From Myxococcales bacterium (GTDB lineage: Bacteria > Myxococcota_A > UBA9042 > JABWCM01 > BTVJ01): a DNA stretch of 64,000 bases. Location of the stretch: the NCBI GenBank assembly GCA_045863395.1, contig BTVJ01000003.1, positions 32,001 through 96,000 on the forward strand, written 5' to 3'. Below, one piece after another: positions 50,466 through 61,347 of this stretch (the first letter of the stretch is position 1; every line of letters begins with the position of its first letter). Both the position numbers and the translations under genes were made by a program. Below the pieces are notes generated by a model that saw only the letters and a program-made list of their open reading frames with translations, made no database searches and was not told the origin of the DNA.

Positions 50466-51503
50466 ATGGCCGGGCAGATCCGCAAGCTCTTCTTCGAGAA
50501 CGTGCCGCTGAAGGTGCTGTCGCTGCTCCTCGCGTGCGCTCTGTTCCTGCTTGCGCGGGAGGATCGAGTCAAGGAGACGGAGATCGATGTGCCCGTCGTC
50601 ATGGGGAAGGTGGGGGCGCTGTCGGTGTTCACCGGCGACGCTCCGCGCTCGATCCGGGTGCGCCTCCAGGGCCGGTGGTCGCGGCTGCTTCGGGTGCTGG
50701 AGAGCCGCCTCGAGCCCTACACGGTCAACCTGCAGGGCTACGAGGACGGGTCGGTGTATCCCTTCGACGCTGCCCGCATCGAGACCCTGCTCGGCGTGCA
50801 CGGGCTGCGCGTGCTGAGCGTCTTTCCGCCAAGCATGGTGGTGCGGGTCGAGCCCCGGACCAGCAAGCTCGTGCCGGTGGTGCCGGACCTGGTCGGAGAG
50901 CCGGACACGGGGTATCTCATCGAGGAGCGCCAGATCCAGCTTCTACCCGCCATGGTAGAGATCAGCGGTGCATCGACGGACATCGCCGAGGTGGAGCTGG
51001 TCCGCACCGCGCCCGTCGATCTCCGTGGGCTCAAAGAGACCCTCGAGACGCAGATCGCGGTGCGCCGCCCGACCGGTGGGCGCGTGTGGGTCGAGCCGGA
51101 GCGCATCGCCATCACCATCCCGCTTACGGAGCGCATGGTGAGCGACGAGCTGGTGGCGGTCCCCATCAACGTGACCAACTGCTCCGCGGGGTACACCTGC
51201 TCCGTCGAGCCCACCCACGTGCGGGTGCGCGTCAGCGGCGCCCTCCTCGCGCTGCGGGAGCTGAAGGCCCTCGGGGGCGAGCGAATGGTCGAGGTGGACG
51301 CGCGCCGCGGCGCGATCGCTGGCCGCCACGAGGACGTGCCCGTGGAGGTCAAGCGCTTCGAGAGGCTGACCATGCAGGCGGTACCGGACCGGGTCACCCT
51401 GGAGGTCCGCCTCGTGGAGCCCCCGACCCCAGACCCAGCCGACGCCGGGACACACGAGGACGCCGGCGCGCGCGACGCCCGCTCAGGAGAGGTGACACCG
51501 TGA
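50466..51503 (+). CDS. cdaR: YbbR-domain regulator of diadenylate cyclase
   Basis: ENVPLKVLSLLLACALF TM followed by repeated beta-rich YbbR-like units; located between cdaA and glmM. Confidence 0.85.
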   Translation: MAGQIRKLFFENVPLKVLSLLLACALFLLAREDRVKETEIDVPVVMGKVGALSVFTGDAPRSIRVRLQGRWSRLLRVLESRLEPYTVNLQGYEDGSVYPFDAARIETLLGVHGLRVLSVFPPSMVVRVEPRTSKLVPVVPDLVGEPDTGYLIEERQIQLLPAMVEISGASTDIAEVELVRTAPVDLRGLKETLETQIAVRRPTGGRVWVEPERIAITIPLTERMVSDELVAVPINVTNCSAGYTCSVEPTHVRVRVSGALLALRELKALGGERMVEVDARRGAIAGRHEDVPVEVKRFERLTMQAVPDRVTLEVRLVEPPTPDPADAGTHEDAGARDARSGEVTP

Positions 51504-52858
51504 CAGAGCGCCAGCTCTTTGGGACCGACGGCATCCGCGGGGAGGCCAACGTCCACCCCATGACCATCCAGGTCGCCATGCGTCTGGGTCAGTCGATCGC
51601 GCACACGTTCAGACGCCTGGGTCAGGGGAAGCCGCGGGTGATCATCGGAAAGGACACACGTCTGTCGGGCTACCTCTTCGAGACCGCCATCACCGCCGGC
51701 GTGGCGAGCATCGGCGCGGAGGCCTGGCAGGTGGGCGTCCTGCCGACCCCCGGGATCGCGTACATCACGGGCGCCTTCCGCGCGGAGGCGGGGGTCGTGA
51801 TCAGCGCAAGCCACAACAGCTTCCAGGACAATGGCCTCAAGGTCTTCGGGGGCGACGGCTTCAAGCTCCCGGACGCGGTCGAGGCCCAGATGGAGCGCCT
51901 GATGGCCGGGGACGAGCTGGACGGCGTCCTCGCCCGCGGGGCGGACGTGGGCCGGGCCTTCCGCATCGAGGATGCCCTCGGCCGGTACGTCACCTACCTG
52001 AAGGGGACGTTCCCACGGGAGCTGGACCTGGACGGCGTCAAGGTCGTCGTGGACTGCGCCAACGGCGCCGCCTACAAGGTCGCTCCCTTGATGCTCCAGG
52101 AGCTGGGCGCGACGGTGGTGCAGCTCGGTACGTCGCCCAACGGGACCAATATCAACGCCGGGAACGGTGCGCTCCACCCCGAGCGCATGGCGGAGACCGT
52201 GCGAGCGGTGGGGGCCCAGCTCGGCATCGCCCTGGACGGGGACGCGGACCGGGTGATCCTGTGCGACGAGAAGGGGACCATCGTCGATGGCGACCACATC
52301 ATGGCCGTCTGCGCGGCGCGCATGAAGGCCGCCGGGACCCTGCGACACGACACGGTCGTCTCCACCGTCATGAGCAACCTGGGCCTGGAGGTCGCAATGC
52401 GGCGCTTGGGCATCCAGCTCGTGCGCACGGCCGTGGGCGACCGCTATGTCGTGGAGGAGATGCGCCGTGGCGGCTTCAACCTCGGGGGTGAGCAGAGCGG
52501 CCACCTCCTGTTCCTGGATCACTCGACCACGGGCGACGGCTGCCTGTCGGCGCTCCAGGTGCTCGCGGTGGTCCTGCGTGAGGGGCGCCCGCTCAGCGAG
52601 CTCTCACGCATCATGGAGCGCTACCCGCAGGTGCTGCTCAACCTCCAGGTGCGCGAGCGGCGCCCCATCGAGTCTCTCGGGCGCGTGCAGGCATCCATCA
52701 GGGGCGTCGAGGCGGCGCTGGGCACGGCGGGGCGCGTCCTGGTCCGCTACTCCGGCACGGAGCCCAAGGTGCGTATCATGATCGAAGGGGAGGACCGCTC
52801 CTCCATCCAGGCCTACGCGGAGGAGATCGCCGCCGCCTTCAGGACGGAGATCGGTTGA
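51500..52858 (+). CDS. glmM: Phosphoglucosamine mutase
   Basis: LFGTDGIRG, GKDTRLSGY, VISASHN, DGDADR, GGEQSGH, RYSGTEP; GTGA overlap with the cdaR stop. Confidence 0.97.
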   Translation: MTERQLFGTDGIRGEANVHPMTIQVAMRLGQSIAHTFRRLGQGKPRVIIGKDTRLSGYLFETAITAGVASIGAEAWQVGVLPTPGIAYITGAFRAEAGVVISASHNSFQDNGLKVFGGDGFKLPDAVEAQMERLMAGDELDGVLARGADVGRAFRIEDALGRYVTYLKGTFPRELDLDGVKVVVDCANGAAYKVAPLMLQELGATVVQLGTSPNGTNINAGNGALHPERMAETVRAVGAQLGIALDGDADRVILCDEKGTIVDGDHIMAVCAARMKAAGTLRHDTVVSTVMSNLGLEVAMRRLGIQLVRTAVGDRYVVEEMRRGGFNLGGEQSGHLLFLDHSTTGDGCLSALQVLAVVLREGRPLSELSRIMERYPQVLLNLQVRERRPIESLGRVQASIRGVEAALGTAGRVLVRYSGTEPKVRIMIEGEDRSSIQAYAEEIAAAFRTEIG

Positions 52859-52873
52859 CAGTGAGGTGAGCCC

Positions 52874-54412
52874 GTGTACGTCACCACGGCAGCCGAGATG
52901 CGGGAGCTGGACCGGGCGACCATCGAGGACGTCGGCATCCCCGGCGCCGTCCTCATGGAGAGCGCCGGCCGCCAGACGGCGGACGCCATCCGCGCCGCGC
53001 TCGGCGAGGGGCGCCGGGCCCGCGTGGGCATCCTCTGCGGCGCGGGAAACAACGGCGGCGACGGCCTGGTCGTCGCCCGTTGGCTCGCCGCAGCAGGCCA
53101 CACCGTCCGCTGCTGGCTGTTCGCTCCCCGCGAGCGCATCCGCGGTGATGCCCTGACCTACCTGCGGGCGTGGGAGCGTGTCGGAGGCGACGTGGTGCAG
53201 GTCTCCGACGTCGCTACGCTGGAGGCCGAGCGCCCGTGGCTCGACTCCTGCGACGTCCTCGTGGACGCCCTCCTCGGCACGGGCCTCTCCGAGGACGTGC
53301 GAGGGCTCCTCCGGGCGGCCATCGACGCGACCGCGGGCTTCGGTGGGCTGCGCGTCGCGGTCGACCTCCCGAGCGGCGTCCACGCCGACACGGGCCAGGT
53401 CCTCGGGGGCGCCTTCCGGGCCGACCTGACGGTCACCTACGGCTGCTGGAAGCACGGTCTGCTCCACCACCCGGGCGCGGCGCTGGCGGGGAGGGTGATC
53501 GTGGCGGACATCGGCATCCCGCCCGCGGTGCTCGCAGCCCACGAGCCGCGGACGGTCCTGCTCGGCCCGGAGGTCCTCGCGGGGCTCCTCCCCCGGGCGG
53601 CGGCAGATGCCCACAAGGGCACCTTCGGCCACGTCCTCGTCCTGGCGGGGAGCCTCGGCAAGGCGGGCGCGGCGCTCCTGGCGGGACTCGGGGCGCTCCG
53701 CGGTGGCGCCGGGCTGGTCACCGTAGGGACGGACCGGCAGACGCAAGGGCGCCTCGAGGGCCGAGTCCCGGAGCTCATGATCGAGGCCACTGCCGAGGCC
53801 GGCGGAGACGCGCTGCCGGCAGCGCGGGCGCTCGCCTCGGGAAAGGCGGCCCTCTGCGTCGGGCCCGGTCTGGGCGCGACGGGGGCGACCGCCGCGCTGG
53901 TCGTGGGCCTCCTCGACGGGGCCACGGTCCCGATGGTGCTCGACGCGGATGCCCTCAACGTGCTGGCAGGCAGCCTCGACGCGCTCCGCTGCGCGCGCGC
54001 GCCGCTCATCCTCACGCCACACCCCGGGGAGCTCGGTCGCCTCCTCGGTGCCTCGGCCTCCGCGGTCAATGCCGACCGCCCGGCGGCTGCCCGCGCCCTC
54101 GCGCTCAGCCACGGCGTCACGGTGGTGCTCAAGGGCGCCCGCACGGTGGTCGCCTCGCCGTCGGGCCGGCTGGCCATCTGCCCCACGGGAAACGCGGGCA
54201 TGGCGTCTGCAGGCACGGGGGACGTCCTCGCGGGCCTCATCGCCGCCCTCCTGGCGCGCACGGGCGACCCGGAGGTGTCGGCCTGGCTCGGCGTCTGGCT
54301 CCACGGCACCGCGGGAGACATCGCGGCGAGCGTGGGCTCGGAGCCCGGCCTGACAGCGGGAGCCCTGTGCGAGGCCCTCCCGAGGGCCTTTCGTGCTCTG
54401 GAGACGGGTTGA
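52874..54412 (+). CDS. nnr: Bifunctional NAD(P)H-hydrate epimerase/dehydratase
   Basis: LMESAG, GAGNNGGDG, VDALLGTG, DLPSG; HKGTFG, GPGLG, DADALN, LTPHPGE, AGTGDVL. Confidence 0.96.
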   Translation: MYVTTAAEMRELDRATIEDVGIPGAVLMESAGRQTADAIRAALGEGRRARVGILCGAGNNGGDGLVVARWLAAAGHTVRCWLFAPRERIRGDALTYLRAWERVGGDVVQVSDVATLEAERPWLDSCDVLVDALLGTGLSEDVRGLLRAAIDATAGFGGLRVAVDLPSGVHADTGQVLGGAFRADLTVTYGCWKHGLLHHPGAALAGRVIVADIGIPPAVLAAHEPRTVLLGPEVLAGLLPRAAADAHKGTFGHVLVLAGSLGKAGAALLAGLGALRGGAGLVTVGTDRQTQGRLEGRVPELMIEATAEAGGDALPAARALASGKAALCVGPGLGATGATAALVVGLLDGATVPMVLDADALNVLAGSLDALRCARAPLILTPHPGELGRLLGASASAVNADRPAAARALALSHGVTVVLKGARTVVASPSGRLAICPTGNAGMASAGTGDVLAGLIAALLARTGDPEVSAWLGVWLHGTAGDIAASVGSEPGLTAGALCEALPRAFRALETG

Positions 54413-55161
54413 GCTCGGACCTGGCACCCCGCCCGGGCGAGACCGTCGAGGAGATCTTCGACGGCGCGCTCCGCTGTATCCAGCCGGCAGACGGCTACCG
54501 GTTCGCGTTGGACTCTCTCCTCCTGGCGCTGTTCTCGTGGGGAGCTCCCGGCGGCCGCGTCCTCGACCTGGGCACTGGCAGCGGCATCGTCGCGCTGCTC
54601 ATGGAGCGCTCCCCGGGGGTCCGCTCCGTGGTCGGGCTGGAGCTCCAGCCACGGATGGCGGACATCGCTCGGCGTAACGCCGCCCTGGCGGGCGTAACCG
54701 ATCGTGTCACCGTGGTCGACGGCGACCTGCGCGAGGCCCGAGCGGCTCTTGCCCAGGCGGCCTACGACCAGGTGGTGGCAAACCCGCCATATCACAGGCT
54801 TGGAGGCGGGCGCGTCAACGAGCACCCAGAGCGGGCCATCGCACGGCATGAGGTGACCGCGACGGTGGACGACGTCCTCGCGGCGGCGGAGTGGTCCATC
54901 CGGGGGCGCGGCCCCATCCGGCTGATCTACCCGGTGCTCCGGTTACAGGATGTCGTCACCGCTCTCAGCCGTCACCGCCTCGTGCTGGCCAGGCTGCGCA
55001 TGGTGCACCCCCTGCCGGATCGCCCGGCAAACCAGGCCCTCATCGAGGTGCGCCGCGCTGGTGCTGGCGCGCCGCGGGTCGAGCCGCCCCTGCTCGTCCA
55101 CTCCCACGGGCGAAGCTACTCAGAAGAGCTGGCTCAATTCATTCGCTCCCTCCGCCGATGA
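54409..55161 (+). CDS. tRNA1(Val) A37 N6-methyltransferase-like (TrmN6/YfiC family)
   Basis: QPADGYRFALDSLLL, VLDLGTGSG, ANPPY, IARHE; TTGA overlap with the nnr stop. Confidence 0.88.
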   Translation: MSSDLAPRPGETVEEIFDGALRCIQPADGYRFALDSLLLALFSWGAPGGRVLDLGTGSGIVALLMERSPGVRSVVGLELQPRMADIARRNAALAGVTDRVTVVDGDLREARAALAQAAYDQVVANPPYHRLGGGRVNEHPERAIARHEVTATVDDVLAAAEWSIRGRGPIRLIYPVLRLQDVVTALSRHRLVLARLRMVHPLPDRPANQALIEVRRAGAGAPRVEPPLLVHSHGRSYSEELAQFIRSLRR

Positions 55162-55293
55162 GGAATGCCAGCGGCGTGCCGGGCCGTTGACCCCTGCGGG
55201 CACTCCCCGCGCACGCCACGAGCAGGACCTCTGGCTGCCGAGCTGCGGGACGAACCGGAAGGATCCTTGGCCGAATGGCCCCCGGGGCGCCCC

Positions 55294-55322
55294 TTGCTTG
55301 GCGTATGGGTGGTTGATACCAT
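55294..55322 (+). promoter_or_regulatory. Putative sigma70 promoter of the small ORF at 55366
   Basis: TTGCTT-17-TACCAT. Confidence 0.45.
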
Positions 55323-55365
55323 GAAAAAGTGCGCTGAGGTTCGCCGGGCAGGAGGATCGTCACAC

Positions 55366-55551
55366 ATGCTGGACGCGTGGATCATCGAAGAGATGAAGAG
55401 GCGCGAGCGGGAGCGGGAGCGGCAACGCGAGCGGGAACGCCCGGTGCTGCAGCTCCCCATCCCCGACCCGACCCTGCACCGACCGCCTCGCCGTGACCCC
55501 GACGACGACGAGCCGCGCGGCAGCCGGGTCATCATCATCGACATCGCCTGA
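55366..55551 (+). CDS. Small charged protein (61 aa), MLDAWIIEE...RVIIIDIA
   Basis: AGGAGGA RBS; G/C-ending codons; upstream promoter-like element. Confidence 0.75.
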   Translation: MLDAWIIEEMKRRERERERQRERERPVLQLPIPDPTLHRPPRRDPDDDEPRGSRVIIIDIA

Positions 55552-55603
55552 GCCCTGGCCCCCGCCACAGGCTAGCCCCACAGAGCAGACGCCCCTGCGC
55601 GCG

Positions 55604-55729
55604 TCAACGTCTCCCTCGACTCCAGAACCAGAGTGACGCGATCCCGAAGGCCGCGACGGCGGCGACCGCTGCCGCCATGTCGGGGTGGATGTGTGCGCTG
55701 CCGGCGAGGTGCATGACCAGCGACGTCAT
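55604..55729 (-). CDS. Putative 41-aa single-pass membrane peptide coupled to clpP
   Basis: ATG overlaps the clpP TGA (TGATG); hydrophobic AAAVAAVAAFGIASLWFW followed by SRGRR. Confidence 0.5.
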   Translation of the reverse strand: MTSLVMHLAGSAHIHPDMAAAVAAVAAFGIASLWFWSRGRR

Positions 55730-56421
55730 CACAGGGCCTCCAGCTCGGCGCGGGTCGACACGATCCCCGAGATGAGCCCATACTCCAGTGCCTGCTCGGC
55801 GCTCATCCAGTAGTCGCGCTGGGTGTCCTTCTCCACGCGCGCCAGGGGCTGACCGCACGCATCCGCCAGCATGTGGTTGATCTTCTCACGGGTCTTGAGG
55901 ATCTCCGTCGCCGTGATCTCCAGATCGCTGGCCGGACCGAACACCTGCATGGGGATGAGGGGCTGGTGGATCAGGAGCCGCGTGTTCGGCAGGCACAGGC
56001 GCCGCGACTTGTCGGCGGCGATGAGGATGATCGTCGCGATGGACGCCGCCAGACCCAGGCACACGATGCGCACCGGCGCCTCGATGAACCGGATGGTGTC
56101 GTAGATGGCCATGCCGTCGTTGACGCTGCCGCCCGGGCTGTTCATCAGGATCGTGATGGGCTTCTTCGGATCGTCGGCCTCCAAGGCGAGGAGCGACGTG
56201 ATGATCCCCCGCGCCAGCTTCTCGTTGACGCCTCCAGAGAGCATGAGCTGCCGCGTCTTGAAGAGCTTCTCCTCCAGCCCACCGCCCTCCGGCTTCTTCT
56301 CTTCCTTGTCTCCGTTCATCTGAATGAGGCCTGGAGCAATGCCGGGCCGGGCGAGAGGATCGCGCGACCCGCCAGAGGTCTGGGCCGTGGGGGAGGGCGA
56401 CGCGTTGGACTGGATGGTCAT
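55729..56421 (-). CDS. clpP: ATP-dependent Clp protease proteolytic subunit
   Basis: MNSPGGSV, IYDTIRFI, GLAASIA (catalytic Ser), IHQP, DTQRDYWMSAEQALEYGLI; GGAGG RBS. Confidence 0.95.
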   Translation of the reverse strand: MTIQSNASPSPTAQTSGGSRDPLARPGIAPGLIQMNGDKEEKKPEGGGLEEKLFKTRQLMLSGGVNEKLARGIITSLLALEADDPKKPITILMNSPGGSVNDGMAIYDTIRFIEAPVRIVCLGLAASIATIILIAADKSRRLCLPNTRLLIHQPLIPMQVFGPASDLEITATEILKTREKINHMLADACGQPLARVEKDTQRDYWMSAEQALEYGLISGIVSTRAELEAL

Positions 56422-56543
56422 GGGCAGGGGCCTCCGTGTGTCGAATGGAGCGCGCTGCGCCTCTCGGCGGCGCCCGCGCCGCATGCTACCTACCACGCCC
56501 CGCGCGCTCTGGCAATCGGCAGCAATGCGACGCGAAATGTGCC

Positions 56544-56572
56544 TTGACTTCCCGGGGCGCCTCTACTAGCCT
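56544..56572 (+). promoter_or_regulatory. Putative sigma70 promoter of rpsA
   Basis: TTGACT-17-TAGCCT. Confidence 0.55.
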
Positions 56573-56635
56573 CCGGCCCCACTGCCAGACCAGCGAGCTC
56601 TCTCGGGGGCCGGGCTGCAGAATAAATCGAGGAGA

Positions 56636-58390
<1,755 letters not shown>

Positions 58391-58429
58391 CAGTCACACG
58401 CCACCTGCCAACGGTGTGATGAAAGGACG

Positions 58430-58462
58430 ACGCCCCCGCCAGCAGTGCTGGCGGGGGCGTTT
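58430..58462. terminator. GC-rich hairpin, likely bidirectional intrinsic terminator
   Basis: ACGCCCCCGCCAGCA-g-TGCTGGCGGGGGCGT followed by TT, between convergent genes. Confidence 0.8.
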
Positions 58463-58501
58463 GTCGTTCAGCAGGTCTCGGTCCCCCCTCGCGGGTCGCT
58501 C

Positions 58502-59386
58502 TCAGTGCTTCTTCCAGCCGCCCTTCTTCGGCCCCTTGGCGATGACGACGCCCTTGGGCGGCGACTTGTACGCAGGGCCGGCCGGCGCCACGACCACCTT
58601 GTGGTGAGGACCCCTGGGGGCCGCGAACGCCCACGTTGTGGTCTTGGACGCCCGGACGGTGGCCGTGTGGACCATGCGGAGGCCGTGGTGGCCGCGCACC
58701 TCCACCGTGTGGTTGCCCGGCACGAGACCGTCGATGACGCGGGTCGCGCCGGGGACCAGCTTGCCCGCGGGCCGCCCGTCGACCAGCACCTTCACGGCGA
58801 ACCGGTTGTCATTGTGGATGCGCAGCGACCCGGTGAACAGGGCGGGCTCGAACTGGGCCACGCGGCCCGGGAGTACGCGCACCTGCCCAGCCATCGCTGC
58901 GCCGTGTGCCTGGACCACCACCTCGTGACGGCCGGCGGGGACGCCCGCCAGCAGCAGGCTCGCGCCGGGCCCGAGGCTCCCACGCGGCTGCCCTGAGAGG
59001 ACCACCTGCACGGGGAAGGCGTTGGGATTGACTACGCGGACGGAGCCCGCGACCTGCCGGATGACGGCGTGGACCACCTGGCCAGGCATCACGTGCAGGT
59101 TGAAGGTGGTCGACGGCACGTCCTCGCGCCCGGGGTAGCTCGCCACCACGCGGTGGGCACCCGCGGGAGTGGACGTCAGCACCAGGTGGGAGCCCGCGGC
59201 CACCTGTCCGACGTGCGCGCCATCGAGCCTCACCTGCATGGGGAAGCTCGACTCGTTCTGCACCCGGATGGTGCCAGTCTCCATGACGACGACGGTGGAT
59301 GGCCCGTGGTTGGCCAGGGCGGGGCTGCCCGCGGCGATGAGGAGTGACGCCCCGAGGGCGAGAGTGGACAGACGGACGCGGTTCAT
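58502..59386 (-). CDS. Secreted protein with three PEGA-like beta-sandwich repeats and basic tail
   Basis: GGAGG RBS; signal peptide ending ALA/N; repeats G(T/S)xRxxNxxxFxxxVxxxG...GxHxV; C-terminal Lys/Gly-rich tail. Confidence 0.8.
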   Translation of the reverse strand: MNRVRLSTLALGASLLIAAGSPALANHGPSTVVVMETGTIRVQNESSFPMQVRLDGAHVGQVAAGSHLVLTSTPAGAHRVVASYPGREDVPSTTFNLHVMPGQVVHAVIRQVAGSVRVVNPNAFPVQVVLSGQPRGSLGPGASLLLAGVPAGRHEVVVQAHGAAMAGQVRVLPGRVAQFEPALFTGSLRIHNDNRFAVKVLVDGRPAGKLVPGATRVIDGLVPGNHTVEVRGHHGLRMVHTATVRASKTTTWAFAAPRGPHHKVVVAPAGPAYKSPPKGVVIAKGPKKGGWKKH

Positions 59387-59591
59387 GGTGACCTCCGTGA
59401 GATTCCGCTGGAGATTCTCTATCTTGTCGAGGCCCGCCAGGTGAGCGGCTCGTGCCGGGTCTGTACGGGTGATCCCGGCTGGAAATTCACGGGGCGACTG
59501 AGGGGGCGGAGTCGGAGAGGCGTCCTGGGGGGGGGCAGGAGCAGTGCGGGGGGGAGCTGGGCGGGGGGTGGCGGCGAGCGAGCCCCGCGGC

Positions 59592-61202
59592 TCAGCCCTT
59601 CTGGCGCTCGGCGAAGAGCTTGAGGATGGTGAGCTCGTCGACCCAGAACGCCTCGTTCTTCTTGTCCTTGAACAGCCTGACGAGGCGATCCAGGTCAGGG
59701 GCGTTGCGCACCGTAGAGACCTTGGCGATGCCCATGAGGAGGAAGCGACGCAGGTCGGTCTCCTCGGGAGACGCCTTCTCGAAGGCGGCTGCGAGGATCT
59801 TGAAGGTCTCGTCGTCGGGCAGGAGCTTCCGCGACAGCATGAGCGCGGCCTTCTGCTTGACGAAGGCGTCCTCGGACGTGTCGAGGAGGGTGGCGTAACA
59901 CTTCCCGTCGGACTTGCAGTCCTTGACCGGCTGGGCAAACTTGGGCACCTGGTCGCCCTCGATCTGCTCCTTGACCAGGTACTGCTGGCCATTGATCTCC
60001 TCGGGCTTCTTCGGGTCCTTGGGGAGGATGAACGTGTCGGTCTCCGTGGTCCAGGCTGGCAGCCGCGCCTCGTCCAGCCCCATGGAGAGGGGCACGAGGA
60101 GCGGCGCCTTGAAGCGGTAGTCCTGCTCCGCCACGTAGAACTTGAAGAGCGAGTCGACTGCCTTCTCGGTGCCCACGAAGGCGAGGGACGTGGCGAAGTT
60201 CAGCCGCTGGGTGGTGTCGCGATCCGGCTGGTTGGGGATGACCTTCTCAGCCACGTCCACATAGGAGTCGTCGCCGATCTGGCCGAGCGCGATCATCGCG
60301 ATGACGAGGCGGTTGGTCTGGTTCTGGATCCACCGCTCCTGGAGCTTCTCCGAGAGGCCGTCGATGGGGGCCAGGTCCCGGGCGAAGTTGGCCGCGATGG
60401 CCGCCGTCGCGGACTTGTCGCGCAGGTCCCCGAGGATCTGGATGATCTTGGGTCCCTCCTGCCACTCCCACTTGGGGATGCTCTGGTTCTTGGCCCAGGT
60501 GACGAACTCCTCGTCTGCCCCCTCCAGCACCTTGATGAGGTGGGGGACCGCGACGGGGCCGATCTTCGCGAAGGCCATGCGGGCCTTCGCGTAGACCTCG
60601 AAGCCGTTGCCGTCCTTCAGGAACAGGGCCCGGGTCAGCGCCGGGACCGCCTTCGCGCTGCGCGCGTCACCCAGGGTGTCGATGGCCAGGGCGTTCACCT
60701 GGATCCCCTGGATGGTCGGGTCGTCCACGGCGACCGAGATCAGGGCGTCCTCCATCTCTTCGGGCTTCGCGAACTTGAGGAGTGCGTCCAGCGCGGCCTT
60801 GCGCGCCGACGGGTTGCGGTTGCCCGTCAGGATGTCCTTGAGCGCCTGCTTGCCATCGCCGAGCTCCATGTCACCGATGATGCTTGCAGCGAAGGGGCCC
60901 AGCTCCTTGATGTTGAGCGAGCGGGTCGCCAGCTCGGTGGCCGCCGCCTTGTCGCCGATGTTCTGGACGGCCCGGAGGGCCTCCTCTTGGTAGAGGCCGT
61001 CGTCGAACATCTTCTTGAGGGGGTCGATGGCGGCTGCACACTTCATCTCGCCGACCTGGAGGAGCGCCTCCTTGACCTTGGCCGGGTTGTTCAGCCGCTT
61101 GACCCAGTACTCACAGCTCTCCGGATCTTCCGTCTTGCAGCCGGGTGCCGCTGCGCCGGCCGCTGCGACGAACAGCGCAGCGATCAGTGTCAGTCGTCTC
61201 AT
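59592..61202 (-). CDS. HEAT-repeat lipoprotein
   Basis: Signal peptide with APG/C lipobox-like site; repeated helical units such as ALAIDTLGDARSAKAVPALTRAL. Confidence 0.82.
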   Translation of the reverse strand: MRRLTLIAALFVAAAGAAAPGCKTEDPESCEYWVKRLNNPAKVKEALLQVGEMKCAAAIDPLKKMFDDGLYQEEALRAVQNIGDKAAATELATRSLNIKELGPFAASIIGDMELGDGKQALKDILTGNRNPSARKAALDALLKFAKPEEMEDALISVAVDDPTIQGIQVNALAIDTLGDARSAKAVPALTRALFLKDGNGFEVYAKARMAFAKIGPVAVPHLIKVLEGADEEFVTWAKNQSIPKWEWQEGPKIIQILGDLRDKSATAAIAANFARDLAPIDGLSEKLQERWIQNQTNRLVIAMIALGQIGDDSYVDVAEKVIPNQPDRDTTQRLNFATSLAFVGTEKAVDSLFKFYVAEQDYRFKAPLLVPLSMGLDEARLPAWTTETDTFILPKDPKKPEEINGQQYLVKEQIEGDQVPKFAQPVKDCKSDGKCYATLLDTSEDAFVKQKAALMLSRKLLPDDETFKILAAAFEKASPEETDLRRFLLMGIAKVSTVRNAPDLDRLVRLFKDKKNEAFWVDELTILKLFAERQKG

Positions 61203-61347
61203 CGTGGACCCCTTCCTAGCAGGTTTGCGCGCCTCACCATGGGCCGCGACCATACCGCGTTTTTTCGATTTTGGAAATGACGAGGATGCACGGTGCTGTT
61301 GGTTGCCGCGGCCCGGATCCTGCGGGGTCAGGCATGGTCCCAGAGGG

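Noticed and set aside
50426..55161. Apparent long N-terminal extensions of GlmM (810 aa) and the methyltransferase (663 aa)
   Set aside because: Off-frame read-through of cdaR and nnr; true starts at 51500 and 54409 overlap upstream stops by 4 nt.
59500..59575. G-run-rich intergenic stretch (possible G-quadruplex or phase-variable tract)
   Set aside because: Non-coding, not within an identified promoter spacer, and G runs are common at this GC content; no support for function.
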